64,000 nt of DNA from Candidatus Saccharimonadota bacterium (GCA_050486305.1 JBJHDA010000001.1:563071-627070); one strand, 5' to 3'. Positions 40,389 through 49,230 are shown, counted from the stretch's first letter. Notes: generated by a model not told the origin, from the letters alone. Made by a program: numbers and translations.

Positions 40389-41648
40389 TCAGCTATCCAG
40401 GTAGTCTTGGCAGAAGCGTTCAAAGATGGCATTAGTCCACCCAAACCCCACCTGCGTCGGATAAACCCCTTTCACCGGCGGCTTATGCGGCTGCACGACG
40501 TTGTACTTCTCTAAAAACGTGCCGTTCTTGGTAAACCAGTCTAGATTCGTCTTGATCCAGCGGAGCGCGATATCCTGCGCCTCGCGGTGGTAGCCGTAGC
40601 GCTCCAGCCCTTGGGTTACGATAAATTGCAACGGTGCCCAGCCGTTCGGATAGGCCCACTGTGCCGGGATGCCATTGCCGGGAACCCGTTGGTTGAACGT
40701 GTAGGTGTCTGTCGTAGAGAGGCCGCCTTTTTGCACGAAAACACGCAGCGACTTCTCGAGCTTTTTGGCCCGCTTTTCGTCCACCATGCCGACCCACATC
40801 GGGTAAAATCCGGCCAGCGAGGCGACGGTGCTTTGTTTGCGCTTTTTATAATCGTAGTCGTAGTACAGGTTCTTGGTTTTGTTCCACATCAGCTTATCGA
40901 CGGTTTCTGCGCGGTGGCGGGCAGCGGTCTCGTACGTGCCGGCGGTCCGCTTATCGCCCTTGAGCCGGTACCAGCGGGCCAAATCCAGCTCGTACTTATA
41001 TAGCAAGCAGTTTAGATCTACCGGCAAGAAATCCAGCGCCCGGCGCTTGAATCGGGGGGTCATATCCCAGCCGCTCTCCGCCTCTGCCAAGTCGTTGAGC
41101 ATGTTGATGTCGTAGTAACGTGATAAGCCCTCGTGCACCAGCCGGTTGTGCGGCTTCGCCGTGCCCAGCCAGACGGTTTTGTACTCTTTCTCGGCGGCGG
41201 TCATCATGCGGTCCAGCCACTTTTGATCCAGCTCGTACGTATCGTACACGTCAAAGATAAACGAGGTAAAAACGGGCGGCTGGCTGCGACCCATAAGGTA
41301 GGTACGCGACGCATTTGGAATAACGCCGAACCGGTCAATCAAGGAGACGAAATTCTCTAAAATGCCGAGCAGCAGGTCTTTATGCGTCTCGCTGAGCAGC
41401 CCTTGGGCCATGAAGTAGCTGTCCCAGTAGTAGAGCTCGTTAAAATCGAAGTCGTTCTCCTGCATATAGGTTGGCACCAGGTAGGGGTGCGGCAGGCCGA
41501 TAAGCGTGTCGTCGTCTTTTGGGTTGTCGCGTTTGAGCTTCTCCCAATGCTCGGCGATATACACGCGAGCCTTGGTGACATCCGTCGGGTGAAGCTGGAC
41601 GATTGGTTTTCTGATGGTGTTAAGAATGAGCCTTGTTTTGTGTATCAT
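40389..41648 (-). CDS. alpha,alpha-trehalase (GH37)
   Basis: GH37 signatures ELYYWDSYF, AQWAYPNGWAPLQ and GFGWTN. The gene is rich in spurious ORFs in all frames, which indicates high GC. Confidence 0.85.
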   Translation of the reverse strand: MIHKTRLILNTIRKPIVQLHPTDVTKARVYIAEHWEKLKRDNPKDDDTLIGLPHPYLVPTYMQENDFDFNELYYWDSYFMAQGLLSETHKDLLLGILENFVSLIDRFGVIPNASRTYLMGRSQPPVFTSFIFDVYDTYELDQKWLDRMMTAAEKEYKTVWLGTAKPHNRLVHEGLSRYYDINMLNDLAEAESGWDMTPRFKRRALDFLPVDLNCLLYKYELDLARWYRLKGDKRTAGTYETAARHRAETVDKLMWNKTKNLYYDYDYKKRKQSTVASLAGFYPMWVGMVDEKRAKKLEKSLRVFVQKGGLSTTDTYTFNQRVPGNGIPAQWAYPNGWAPLQFIVTQGLERYGYHREAQDIALRWIKTNLDWFTKNGTFLEKYNVVQPHKPPVKGVYPTQVGFGWTNAIFERFCQDYLDS

Positions 41649-41733
41649 AACTGCTTTGTTTCGTAGATTAACTTCTTAATGCGGTTTGCACTATACAGTA
41701 CTGTTAGCATATCATGAAGTGGAAGCTTTTCTT

Positions 41734-43767
41734 ATGGTTAAAAACGCATCAGACAAACACAAGCACCACCACAAACCATACCGAATGCACCATATTACAC
41801 TGGCTGGGTTTTCCCTGTTCGCGTTTTTAATCTGTGCAACGTATTTGACGATTTTTTACGTGTACTCTCCGACCCAACCGCCGCTGGAGCAGATGGCTCA
41901 GGTGCGCGGGGCAACAACATCGGAGCGCGTTACTGTTCGTTCGTCGCTCGGGTTTGCACTGGATATAGACACCGGCATGTTTGATGCAGCCGCCTATGAG
42001 GCTGCTGACGACGATGAAGACATCCCGCTACAAGCGCTCACCGAACAACGCGGTGATACGGCGATTACAGCAGTAACACTTACGCCACAGGCTGGCGCCG
42101 TAGAACCGTACGCCCAAGCCAGCCAGCTATCGCTGCTGCACGAAACTGCCTCCGAATTACCGACATTATTGGCAGAATTTGCAGACGAGGAGCTTTACGA
42201 GCTGGTAGAAACTGGCGAAGAACCGATTGGCCCGCTGAACGCTGAAAAGCGGGTGTACCAGTACCGCGGCAGCGACGTCTATAGCGTTGTTTGGTCGCCG
42301 CTAGCTGATGAACCAAGCGAATACACCATAATCGTCCGTGGGCTCATCGGGACACCAGAACTGCCCGGCGCATATGCCGAGCTACTGGGAAGCATCCGGC
42401 TCGGTGAGACATTGGCACTGCAGTTCTTCCAATCCGGTGGAGATAATTGGGTCAGCGGCAGTGAGTCAACCAGACAGTATTTATCTGACTTGCTATCACC
42501 AGCTGTGGTGAAGCTGTATCACATTGTGTGCGCAGAAATCGCGTTTGAGTTCCAGGCGGCGATCGAGCAGCAGTGCCGTGCCACGACCGGCTCCGGCTTC
42601 TTTATTTCAAGCAACGGCTACATAGCGACAAACGGGCATGTGGTGGTATACGAGCCAGAGGATGCACTGGTAGATGCCCTGCTGAGCAACCCGATGCAGC
42701 TCTCGAGCTATCTGGGCGATGTTATCGGACTGTCTACGCTGGAAATTGCCACGCTGCAGCACCGGCCGGAAAAGCTGGCTTCTGTCGTGTCGCAAATTTA
42801 TAGCTTGCCGGATGATTCGGTCAGTTTCACCGCGGAGAGCAAAGTCATTTTAGCGGCTATCGGCAACACGCCAATCCTGCCGGAAACCGAGGAGGAGGTG
42901 CTTGATCTACTGGATTTCCGCAGCACCCGCGATATTAAAACTGCCGATTTGGTCTACTATGATTATTCTGGCAAAGATCAGATAAATATTGTTAGTCAGG
43001 ACGCAGCGGGGTTCTCGCAAAGCGACGTGGCACTGCTGCACATCCGTATGGAAAACACTCCGATAATCAGCCTGGCCGCGCCGGCTGATGCCACACCCGG
43101 GCAAGCCATTACTATACTCGGCTTCCCGAGCGATGCGGAAAACGAGCTGGTCGACCAGACAGAGCTGGCCGTAAGCACCACAAACGGCACCATAAGCTCT
43201 ATCCGCACCGCTGCTGGCGGCACCGGCACGCTATTACAGACAGATGCCGATGCCTCACAAGGCAATAGCGGCGGACCAGCCGTACTTACCAGTAACGCCA
43301 AGGCCGTCGGGCTGCTGACCTACCGTTATAAAGACGAAACGAAACAGAACGCCGCGAAAAGTTATTTGCGCGACATTACCGATATCCGCAGTTTGCTCGA
43401 TACGCACGGCATCACCCTAGACGTAAACAGCATAACCCAACAAGCCTGGAGTAACGGGCTTGAGTACTTTGCGAACCAACGGTTCCAGCGAGCCATCCAA
43501 GAGTTCGAAAAAGTCCAAGATGCGTTTCCGGCCCACCGCTTGGTCGAGAGGTACATCGCCGCGAGCGAGCAGAACATTGCGGATGGCAACGAGCGCACCT
43601 CACCGGCAGCCCAGTACCTCGGGCTGGGCGGCAGTATCGGGCTGCTGGCAATCTCTAGCCAATTGATACGGCGACACCATCGCCACCACCGATCCTACAA
43701 GGAAAACCAGGCTACCCATACCGAACACAAGCCAGATACGCTACCGCCAAACGACGGTTCGGTGTAA
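41734..43767 (+). CDS. membrane-anchored trypsin-like serine protease (S1 family) with C-terminal helical region and TM
   Basis: The ATG at 41734 (MVKNASDKHKHHH). N-terminal TM. Catalytic triad contexts GSGFFISSNGYIATNGHVV, SDVALLHI and QGNSGGPAV. The C-terminus has a hydrophobic segment and a His-rich tail. Confidence 0.8.
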   Translation: MVKNASDKHKHHHKPYRMHHITLAGFSLFAFLICATYLTIFYVYSPTQPPLEQMAQVRGATTSERVTVRSSLGFALDIDTGMFDAAAYEAADDDEDIPLQALTEQRGDTAITAVTLTPQAGAVEPYAQASQLSLLHETASELPTLLAEFADEELYELVETGEEPIGPLNAEKRVYQYRGSDVYSVVWSPLADEPSEYTIIVRGLIGTPELPGAYAELLGSIRLGETLALQFFQSGGDNWVSGSESTRQYLSDLLSPAVVKLYHIVCAEIAFEFQAAIEQQCRATTGSGFFISSNGYIATNGHVVVYEPEDALVDALLSNPMQLSSYLGDVIGLSTLEIATLQHRPEKLASVVSQIYSLPDDSVSFTAESKVILAAIGNTPILPETEEEVLDLLDFRSTRDIKTADLVYYDYSGKDQINIVSQDAAGFSQSDVALLHIRMENTPIISLAAPADATPGQAITILGFPSDAENELVDQTELAVSTTNGTISSIRTAAGGTGTLLQTDADASQGNSGGPAVLTSNAKAVGLLTYRYKDETKQNAAKSYLRDITDIRSLLDTHGITLDVNSITQQAWSNGLEYFANQRFQRAIQEFEKVQDAFPAHRLVERYIAASEQNIADGNERTSPAAQYLGLGGSIGLLAISSQLIRRHHRHHRSYKENQATHTEHKPDTLPPNDGSV

Positions 43768-43777
43768 TATAAACGAC

Positions 43778-44773
43778 ATGAATGCACCGACCAATGACCA
43801 CCCCGCTACCTACCCGAACGAATCCGTCGGCAGCAGAATGTCAGAAAATGTACCGATATTTACGGCACACACCAAGTTCAAGTCGATAGAAAACGAGCTG
43901 TTCTCTAAAGCATGGGATAGTGTTAGTACCATTTACGTGGTGGACGAGCACCACAAGCTCGTCGGTATCGTGGATATCGCCAAAACCGAAACATCTAACC
44001 CGGACGCGGCCCTCGCCGACATTATGGCGGCACCTCCGGCCGTTTTGCACCCCCGTGCCGATCAGGAAAAAGCTGTTTATCTGGCTATTCGCGATGATAT
44101 CGTTGCGGTTCCGGTAACGGATAAGCATGGCGTACTGCTCGGCGCAGTTACCTCCCACGCCATCATCGACATCATGCACGAAGAGCACATAGAGGACACG
44201 ATGCTTGGCGCCGGTGTGCGTGACAAGCACTCGAATGTACTTAAACTGATACAGGCTCGAACGACACTGCTGGTCCGTTCGCGTACACCATGGCTGATTA
44301 TCGGGCTGGTGCTTAGTATGATGCTCGGGCTCATTGCCAGCTTCTTTGAAGAAACGCTGGAAAAATCGATTGCCCTGGCCTTTTTCATCCCAGTTATCGT
44401 GTATATCGCTGACTCCGTCGGCACCCAATCAAGCACGATTACCGTGCGAGCGCTCGCGATGATGAAGCTTAAGTACGGACGATACATCGTAAAAGAACTG
44501 CTCGTCGGTATGGTGCTTGGAGTAATAATGGGCGCACTTGGTGCAGTTGGCGCATTTATTATCAGCCAGTCTATGGATGTTGCGCTGGTAGTAGCACTTA
44601 CCCTGCTCTGTGCCAGCACGATTGCATCGGTGCTTGCTTCTGCCGTACCGATTACACTTAAATCACTCGGCAAAGATCCGGCCATGGGAAGCGGGCCGCT
44701 CGCGACCGTGCTGCAGGATATTTTGAGTTTGGTTATCTACTTTCTGTTCGCGATACTTATCATCGGTTCATAG
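43778..44773 (+). CDS. mgtE: MgtE-type magnesium transporter lacking the N-domain
   Basis: CBS pair (IYVVDEHHKLVGIVD, VPVTDKHGVLLGAVT). TM-domain motifs IADSVGTQSS and DPAMGSGPLATVLQD. Confidence 0.85.
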   Translation: MNAPTNDHPATYPNESVGSRMSENVPIFTAHTKFKSIENELFSKAWDSVSTIYVVDEHHKLVGIVDIAKTETSNPDAALADIMAAPPAVLHPRADQEKAVYLAIRDDIVAVPVTDKHGVLLGAVTSHAIIDIMHEEHIEDTMLGAGVRDKHSNVLKLIQARTTLLVRSRTPWLIIGLVLSMMLGLIASFFEETLEKSIALAFFIPVIVYIADSVGTQSSTITVRALAMMKLKYGRYIVKELLVGMVLGVIMGALGAVGAFIISQSMDVALVVALTLLCASTIASVLASAVPITLKSLGKDPAMGSGPLATVLQDILSLVIYFLFAILIIGS

Positions 44774-44894
44774 TTCACCAGCACCACTGGCGGGTAGCTT
44801 TTCCACAAGATTATCGCACGTGTAATATAATCCACATTCTCTGGCGTATTGACGTGCTAGCATGACGGCATAATAGAAGATTAAAGGGGGAAGC

Positions 44895-45479
44895 ATGAAC
44901 AAAGGAGCAGCGAACGCAGGGCTAATATGGGCTGTGGTGGCTATAATGGTAGTCGCTATCGGAGCGTTTTTGATATTTGCGAATATCGATGAGGACGAGA
45001 ACGACACTACTGACCCAACAGAAACCGAGGAAATAACAGAGGAAGGAGCGCCAGAGCGGCAAAACATCGTAGAAGTTGCGGATGCCAACCCGCAGTTCAC
45101 CACACTTGTAGCCGCTATTCAGCAAGCCGATTTAGTCGGTACTCTGTCCGAGGAAGGACCATACACGGTGTTTGCGCCGACCAACGACGGCTTTAACACA
45201 ACGGCCGAGGAGCAAGACGCAACCGTAGAGGAGCTGCTGGCTCGTGATGACTTACGGGATATCCTTACGTACCACGTCGTTGAAGGTGAGATTCTGGAAA
45301 TAGACTTACTAGAACAAGATGGCCAACAGCTTGAGACGTTGCATGGACAAATGCTAGAGATTACCGTAGAGAATAATGAGGTCTTCGTGAACGGCGTACA
45401 GATTGTAGCTACTGATATCGTTGCCGGAAACGGCGTCATTCACGCGATTGACGCGGTACTGTTGCCTACAGAAGAGTAA
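44895..45479 (+). CDS. fasciclin (FAS1) domain protein with N-terminal TM/signal
   Basis: AAGGGGGA RBS. FTTLVAAIQQADL, YTVFAPTNDGF, LTYHVVEG and VIHAIDAVLLP motifs. Confidence 0.85.
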   Translation: MNKGAANAGLIWAVVAIMVVAIGAFLIFANIDEDENDTTDPTETEEITEEGAPERQNIVEVADANPQFTTLVAAIQQADLVGTLSEEGPYTVFAPTNDGFNTTAEEQDATVEELLARDDLRDILTYHVVEGEILEIDLLEQDGQQLETLHGQMLEITVENNEVFVNGVQIVATDIVAGNGVIHAIDAVLLPTEE

Positions 45480-45494
45480 GAGATTTAAAACAAG

Positions 45495-45527
45495 ATAGCG
45501 GCGCCTTTGACGGACGCCGCTATTTTT
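45495..45527 (+). terminator. intrinsic terminator after the fasciclin gene
   Basis: ATAGCGGCG, an 11-nt loop, CGCCGCTAT, then TTTTT. Confidence 0.75.
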
Positions 45528-45568
45528 AATTCCTGTGTCTTTGAGTGTGAACTTCAGTGTAAATAATG

Positions 45569-46285
45569 TTAAAAGCCCTCCATAGATACACCATGCTTAA
45601 AAGCTAGGGTCGATAAGCCCACCAATACTTGTTCTTCACTGTATGCTCTCTGCTCATTTCGCCAGCTCTTTGACTGCTCGCTTACATCATACGACTTGTT
45701 TGCTGAATCAATTATTTCTAGCTGACTTTCCGTAACTACCTCTAGTGACACATTATCTCGAGCTGTGATATATAGCTCATCTCCATCACTTAGTGACGTT
45801 GTATCAGGACACCTTGGGCTGCCTTTAGTTTCGCTATACCTACAACCAAAATTGACTTTTCCGGACACATATCCGACACTTCCATCCTCTAGCAATACGC
45901 ATGCTTTGACGTAGTCTCTATCCCAGCCTGATCCGCGATTACCTTCCACGTGGCCATATAGCATCCAGCCGTCCCCAACCTCAACAGACCGCTCCGTTTG
46001 TAGCTTTGCACCAAACAAGCCGGAAATTCCACCCGCTCGCACTAAAGCCTCTTTTCTCTCAATAATCTTTACGTTTGGCAGAGTCATGCCATAAACTAGC
46101 GACTCCGCTATATACGGTGCGACCTGCCTTGTCTTATTAAACAGCAGTTCTGTCTGCTTTCTTTCTTGCGCTTCTGCTTCTGCTTCTGCTCTTCGCTTCT
46201 GGGTTGCTATTTCTCGCTCAGCCGTCATACGCTCTGCTTCACGGTGACGCTGCTCCCAGTCCTCGAAATTCGGTATCTCACTCAT
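45569..46285 (-). CDS. hypothetical protein (238 aa) with charged N-terminal helix
   Basis: Track ORF. The N-terminal 50 aa are Glu/Arg/Ala-rich. No family recognised. Confidence 0.55.
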   Translation of the reverse strand: MSEIPNFEDWEQRHREAERMTAEREIATQKRRAEAEAEAQERKQTELLFNKTRQVAPYIAESLVYGMTLPNVKIIERKEALVRAGGISGLFGAKLQTERSVEVGDGWMLYGHVEGNRGSGWDRDYVKACVLLEDGSVGYVSGKVNFGCRYSETKGSPRCPDTTSLSDGDELYITARDNVSLEVVTESQLEIIDSANKSYDVSEQSKSWRNEQRAYSEEQVLVGLSTLAFKHGVSMEGF

Positions 46286-46342
46286 AGGTATTTTATAAAT
46301 TATTTCTTGTAATTAGTCAAGTTTATATCGGCTAGCATGCTG

Positions 46343-46966
46343 CTACCTCAACTCGCTACTTATCCTTCTAAGCATATCCAGCCAGGCTTTTTCGCGGTGG
46401 GTAAGTTGAGGTTGCCGCTGCTCGTACGGAGTGTCGATTAACTCTTGCATCATAAGATTTGCTACTGATACGTAAAAAACCGCGCGGTACGGCATACCGG
46501 GAATCCGGTTTTCTTCATCTGGCTGCTCGGTTATTTCGCCGGCTAGTTCTCCTCTGATTGTTTGCGAGCTTATCCCTGATCCGCCAAAGGCAATGGCAGA
46601 GACAAACCGTGCAGACCGGTCAGGTTTATTAGTTAGCTCTCTGATGGTTTTATCAATCAGCTCTTCGTCTGTCATTTCCCTGCGCTCTGGGTTCCAGCGC
46701 CGGGAGTAAACACCTGGTTCGTTGTTGAGCGCGTGTATTTCCAGGCCAGAATCTTCGGTTGCCAGAAGATACTCATCCGGTACGAGCGGGCGGATTGCGT
46801 CGTACTTGATGCGAGCGTTCGCCTCGAATGTTGCGCCGTTTTCTTCGACTTCCGGCGCGGTGACACCGATATCCTCCAGTGTCAGCACCTCGAAACCGTT
46901 CGCCGGCAGCGCCTGAATATCAGCCACTTTTTTAGGATTAGAGGTGCCGAAGATGATTTGAAGCAT
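46343..46966 (-). CDS. rdgB: non-canonical purine NTP pyrophosphatase (RdgB/HAM1 family)
   Basis: FGTSNPKKV, ENGATFEANARIK and TEDSGLEIHALNNEPGVYSRRW motifs. Confidence 0.9.
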   Translation of the reverse strand: MLQIIFGTSNPKKVADIQALPANGFEVLTLEDIGVTAPEVEENGATFEANARIKYDAIRPLVPDEYLLATEDSGLEIHALNNEPGVYSRRWNPERREMTDEELIDKTIRELTNKPDRSARFVSAIAFGGSGISSQTIRGELAGEITEQPDEENRIPGMPYRAVFYVSVANLMMQELIDTPYEQRQPQLTHREKAWLDMLRRISSELR

Positions 46967-46979
46967 GCCAGTTAATATA

Positions 46980-47657
46980 TCAGCTGTTTGTCCCTGGCGT
47001 CACAGAAGGCTCTTGGGCTAGTACTTCTTCAATCTCCGTTACCCATTCCAACAACCTTTCAGCAGATGGCTTAGCAGCATATCTGTCTGACCTTGTCTCA
47101 TCGTCAATTTGCGTACGAATTCTTGAGCTATCTCCCCACCTAATAAGCTGCTGGCAGCCCTCACTAACTGCAACAGCCCTCTGGTCGACTATTTCTAGCA
47201 TTTCTCCATCCGCGGTTCCTGCCATCAACTCAATACCAGCTTTAAAAGAGCCGTCGTCTAAGGTTGTCCTCATGCTGATCCCCATGGAGCCTAAAATGCC
47301 TCTTCTCTTTACTTTGTAGAGCCTGTCCTTTCGATACACAGCTGCAAACGCGTGGGTTCTGCCCTCTGAATCTGCCTGAGCGAGCTCACCTAGAGGAATC
47401 GGGTCAGATTCCCAGAGTCTGTGCTTTGCCTTGTAGTTATCATAGCTTAAAATTATCGTTTCGTTTGAGTCAACCCGCTTCAGTATGCTGGATATCCTAT
47501 CAGCTACTGCCCTTCTAGGCGCTACTACGCTTTCGAGTTCTTTTCTCTTCTCTAAGTCCTTCTGGTTGTGTTCCGCTTGAAGCGCCCTCTCTTCTTTCCT
47601 GCTCTTGTCCACTTCTGCTACTCTTTCGGCTGCTCTATCAATCATACTTTCTGGCAT
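46980..47657 (-). CDS. hypothetical protein (225 aa) with charged N-terminal helix
   Basis: Track ORF with architecture similar to 45569..46285. Confidence 0.55.
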   Translation of the reverse strand: MPESMIDRAAERVAEVDKSRKEERALQAEHNQKDLEKRKELESVVAPRRAVADRISSILKRVDSNETIILSYDNYKAKHRLWESDPIPLGELAQADSEGRTHAFAAVYRKDRLYKVKRRGILGSMGISMRTTLDDGSFKAGIELMAGTADGEMLEIVDQRAVAVSEGCQQLIRWGDSSRIRTQIDDETRSDRYAAKPSAERLLEWVTEIEEVLAQEPSVTPGTNS

Positions 47658-47767
47658 ACCTACCTCGACATATTCGTTTATTTATTGGGTGGAGTATACC
47701 GTAAATCTTCTGCAGCGTATACTTATGGTTTGGTTTGCAGCGCTTAAAAAAGGTCTTGTATTTTTAA

Positions 47768-47783
47768 TGGAGCTGGCGGGTAC
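47768..47783 (-). repeat. 16-nt duplicate of the tmRNA 3' acceptor/T-stem sequence
   Basis: TGGAGCTGGCGGGTAC is identical to 48182-48197 inside ssrA. Confidence 0.85.
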
Positions 47784-47805
47784 GAACTATTGCCTAATTT
47801 GTGAA

Positions 47806-48045
47806 CTATAGGAAATGGCGACGGGCAAAAGCAATACCTGACCCAGTCTTTAGATATTTTTCAAATGCTCGTGCATCGGCTCTTTCCTTGAAAGCGATAT
47901 ACGTTACCAAGTTCCAAGGCTTGAACCTACTCGTGTGTGGGCTTTTTCCAGCGTTATGATCCTTTAATCTCGTCTGTAGATCCTCAGTAAAACCCGTGTA
48001 GACCTTGTCATGCTTTACGCTCTTCAGGATATATACGTAGTGCAT
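47806..48045 (-). CDS. stand-alone GIY-YIG nuclease-family protein (79 aa)
   Basis: MHYVYILKS...KVYTGFTEDLQTRLKDHN carries the GIY and YIG elements plus conserved R, E and N. The track ORF is extended upstream into a hairpin, so the ATG at 48045 is preferred. Confidence 0.8.
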   Translation of the reverse strand: MHYVYILKSVKHDKVYTGFTEDLQTRLKDHNAGKSPHTSRFKPWNLVTYIAFKERADARAFEKYLKTGSGIAFARRHFL

Positions 48046-48049
48046 ATGT

Positions 48050-48091
48050 ATTAAATAATAAAGCCCTCCGTCGCATAAAGCTATGGAGGGC
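48050..48091 (-). terminator. terminator-like hairpin between ssrA and the GIY-YIG gene
   Basis: On the minus strand: GCCCTCC, a 15-nt loop, GGAGGGC, followed by a T-rich tract CTTTATTATTT. Confidence 0.45.
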
Positions 48092-48105
48092 ATTCTACTT
48101 AGCTA

Positions 48106-48180
48106 AATTCTACGAAGCTTTAGCGAAAATAGAATAAGCAATGCTGTTACAATTCTACGAAGCTTTAGCGAAGTAGAATG
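48106..48180. repeat. two copies of a 22-nt direct repeat, each forming a hairpin
   Basis: AATTCTACGAAGCTTTAGCGAA occurs at 48106-48127 and 48151-48172. Each copy is followed by (A/G)TAGAAT, which pairs with ATTCTAC. Confidence 0.85.
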
Positions 48181-48560
48181 GTGGAGCTGGCGGGTACTAC
48201 CCCCGCGTCCGCTAGACGATCAGTTAGTCTGTCCTACAGGCATAGTTTGTTTAGATTTCTCGGCTAAACATTAAAACAAACAAAAAGTTTGGCCGAGTTG
48301 ACCCAAAAGGCTTTCTATCTACTATGGATCTCTCGTAAATAGGCAACCAGAAAATATAGCGTCTCGTGCATCTATCTGGTGTCGACACAGAGACGGCTTA
48401 CGTACTTAGGCGTAAGCTGGTGCGAGAACTGGCATGCGGAACATGCTAGCTACACGCTGTACAAATGAATTTGCAACTAAAATTGTTTGTCTATAACGCT
48501 GACAAGCGGCCTGCTGATCTAACTGTTAACGTGCTAACGTCGAGCTTAAAATTCAGCCCC
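48179..48560 (-). ncRNA. ssrA: tmRNA (SsrA)
   Basis: The 5' end GGGGCTGAATTTTAAGCTCGACG and the 3' end GGACGCGGGGGTAGTACCCGCCAGCTCCACCA match the E. coli tmRNA termini. A G3:U pair sits in the acceptor stem. The resume codon GCA follows TAGTT. The predicted tag is ANSFVQRVASMFRMPVLAPAYA, with its TAA stop in a hairpin loop. Confidence 0.9.
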
Positions 48561-48640
48561 ATGTACATACATTATACAGTCCCACGCCAAGTCGGTACAA
48601 GACTGCATAAGTATATTATACCATTTTATTAGTAATTATG

Positions 48641-49129
48641 CTATCTGATATAGCGTTCGCAGCCAGCTTCTGGCGTACAGCTGCGGCGGTGCAAGAGCTC
48701 TAGCGTATCGCGTAATTGCTCGCGCTGAGGAGTAGCAAGGGCGGCCAGGGCAGTGTTGTGGCAGCGCTTCGTAATAGCTCGGGCGGCTTCTGTAAGCTTG
48801 GCGCCATCACGCGTCATGGCAGCAATCTGCTGGCGCCGATCTTTCGGGTTTTGTTTTGTCGTGACGTAGCCGGCATCCTTCAATTGCTGAGTCTGACGAC
48901 TTACGCTAGATTCGCTTTGGCCAAGGATGCGGGCAATAGAACGCTGCTGAGAGTACGGCCAACGCTCCAGTACATATAACACCTTGAGTTGGGCTAAATT
49001 TATGCCGAGCTCCTCTGTTAACGCATCGTCTACCTCATTATCGAGAAGAAAAGACATATGATGCAATAAATAGGGAATTTCGTCAAGTGATGTTTTTTGT
49101 TGAGCTGGTGTTTTCATAAGCAGTTTCAT
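48641..49129 (-). CDS. MarR-family transcriptional regulator
   Basis: LNLAQLKVLYVLE...SQQRSIARILGQSESSVSRQTQQLKDAGYVTTKQNPKDRRQ is a wHTH with a wing. Confidence 0.85.
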   Translation of the reverse strand: MKLLMKTPAQQKTSLDEIPYLLHHMSFLLDNEVDDALTEELGINLAQLKVLYVLERWPYSQQRSIARILGQSESSVSRQTQQLKDAGYVTTKQNPKDRRQQIAAMTRDGAKLTEAARAITKRCHNTALAALATPQREQLRDTLELLHRRSCTPEAGCERYIR

Positions 49130-49137
49130 TGTAGTAT

Positions 49138-49165
49138 AAAAATACTTGCGGCCGCAAGTATTTTT
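49138..49165. repeat. palindrome family copy F: AAAAATACTTGCGGCCGCAAGTATTTTT
   Basis: Perfect 28-nt palindrome, 8 nt upstream of the marR ATG and 65 nt downstream of the rsmA stop. Confidence 0.9.
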
Positions 49166-49230
49166 TAAAAGGGCAGGGGCAGGGGAGTTTTTGCTTGAAA
49201 ATGTAAGACGGTTTGCCCTGGTTTGCCGAC

